Shown here: positions 48,117 to 48,776 of the stretch, piece by piece | Position numbering within the stretch: the stretch's first letter is position 1 | How the letters are laid out: each line of letters starts with the position of its first letter | Assembly: GCA_944384425.1 (NCBI GenBank) | Contig: CALWTI010000003.1 | Coordinates: 1-48,776 of the forward strand | Reading direction: 5' to 3' | Length of the DNA: 48,776 nucleotides | Source: an uncultured Clostridia bacterium | GTDB taxonomy: Bacteria > Bacillota > Clostridia > Christensenellales > UBA1242 | Notes under the pieces: model-generated | The model's input: the letters and a program-made list of their open reading frames with translations, nothing else | Told to the model about the DNA's origin: nothing | Database searches by the model: none | Made by a program: the position numbers and the translations under genes

Positions 48117-48226
48117 TTTTTTATCTCCTCTATTTTTGTTTGATTTTTTAAAATGCCCTTTGGGTCTTTTTTCTTTAATATTTTTGGCTTGTAAATTTCT
48201 TCAAGCCATTTTTGAATTTTATTCAT
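48113..48226 (-). CDS. Small basic phage ORF (37 aa), not in ORF track
   Basis: MNKIQKWLEEIYKPKILKKKDPKGILKNQTKIEEIKK; ATGA overlap with the next gene; weak SD. Confidence 0.4.
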   Translation of the reverse strand: MNKIQKWLEEIYKPKILKKKDPKGILKNQTKIEEIKK

Positions 48227-48326
48227 TTTTTAATCTCTAGTTATAGTCTTATGCCTCCCCTGTTAATATTAGGGTCAACATTGACTTTTTTTGTTTTGCG
48301 TGCTGTTCTTGAAAAAATTTCGCTAT

Positions 48327-48638
48327 CTATTCGTTTTCTTGTTTTACTGCGCATCTTTCAATCTCCTTTTTTAAGTTTTTTTGAACTGATTTTGTTATGT
48401 ACGTTCCTAGGTCGTCTTTTATTGCGTCTAGTACGAAATTAGTTATTCTTGTTGTACTTGCTGATGTTCCTAGCAAGTTCTTTGCTTGTTTAATGTAAGT
48501 AGGCAATGTCTTTGCTATGTTTGCTACTGTTTCAAGTGTGTTTTTGTTTTTTAGTTTTATCATAATAATTAAGTATACAAACATACTAAGTGCGTTAATA
48601 GCGACTGTCCCTATACTTACCCAATTTTCAATACTCAT
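48327..48638 (-). CDS. Phage single-TM membrane protein (103 aa)
   Basis: Strong aggagg SD; N-terminal TM IGTVAINALSMFVYLIIMI; first gene after the att site. Confidence 0.75.
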   Translation of the reverse strand: MSIENWVSIGTVAINALSMFVYLIIMIKLKNKNTLETVANIAKTLPTYIKQAKNLLGTSASTTRITNFVLDAIKDDLGTYITKSVQKNLKKEIERCAVKQENE

Positions 48639-48683
48639 ATTACCTCCTTTTTTGTTAAATATTGAATAACATTGTTAAACAAA

Positions 48684-48711
48684 TATTTTAAAAAGTTGCC
48701 TTTTGTGAATA
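48684..48711. promoter_or_regulatory. dif-like 11-6-11 site, second copy (attP-like or attR)
   Basis: TATTTTAAAAA-GTTGCC-TTTTGTGAATA. Right arm is identical to the 43446 site; left arm matches 8/11; spacer differs at 2 of 6 positions. Confidence 0.55.
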
Positions 48712-48776
48712 TTTAAACATCTTTGACTGTATCAATGTAGTTTTCGAGCACTATTCTCATCAAATCGCTTGTTTTT
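48700..48776. repeat. Direct repeat, right copy (identical to 43462-43538), truncated by the window end
   Basis: Covers the 3' 62 nt of an RHH-gene copy plus 15 nt downstream. Confidence 0.95.

Larger units (their letters stand above)
43446..48711 (-). mobile_element. Integrated Microviridae (ssDNA) prophage, unit length 5,238 bp
   Basis: VP4, VP2, VP1 and VP3 plus small ORFs, all on the minus strand; bounded by dif-like sites and direct repeats; no integrase. Confidence 0.85.

Noticed and set aside
48274-48292. gtcaa-ca-ttgac plus a T-run read as a plus-strand terminator inside the phage
   Set aside because: The stem is only 5 bp and lies on the non-coding strand of a minus-strand operon. 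At most it is a weak ssDNA hairpin.
1-48776. CRISPR arrays, rRNA genes, IS elements or transposases
   Set aside because: I saw no regularly spaced repeat arrays, no rRNA-like conserved stretches and no transposase-like ORFs. The only mobile element visible is the microvirus prophage.

Overview
Low-GC (about one-third G+C by eye) Firmicutes/Clostridia-type chromosome. All calls rest on motif recognition and hand inspection; no searches were run. From 964 to 38974 about 58 genes are all on the plus strand. They form three Bacillus/Clostridium synteny blocks. Block 1 is rpsB-tsf-frr-uppS-cdsA-rseP-[PolC-derived OB/exonuclease]-rimP-nusA-ylxR-ylxQ-infB-rbfA-nrnA-truB. Block 2 is efp-spoIIIAA..AH-asp23-nusB-xseA-xseB-[~580-nt structured RNA]-[4-TM protein]-argR-recN-spoIVB. 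Block 3 is spoIIM-punA-dac-M50-scpA-scpB-ytfI/ytfJ-dac-rluB-cmk-plsC-S1. From 39 kb the region becomes accessory: tRNA-Thr(CGT), lexA with a Cheo-type box, a Xer-family tyrosine recombinase and an SD-less 319-aa orphan. These are followed by a complete Microviridae prophage on the minus strand (VP4 Rep, VP2, VP1 capsid, VP3 scaffold, small ORFs). The main finding is this integrase-less ssDNA prophage. Its unit length is exactly 5,238 bp, set by a perfect direct repeat of at least 77 bp that the window end cuts off. Each repeat copy starts inside a dif-like 11-6-11 site. An unlisted 47-aa ribbon-helix-helix gene abuts the site, and TGTTWAACA palindromes sit in both phage promoter regions. The site lies about 1 kb from the host Xer-family gene, which suggests Xer hijacking, possibly as a tandem insertion. 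Other notable items are an OLE-like large ncRNA with an OapA-like partner, a PolC-derived protein lacking PHP and polymerase domains in the polC slot, and a ~550-bp G-depleted A-rich tract upstream of rpsB. MEP-pathway and other genes are also repeatedly absent from their usual syntenic positions.
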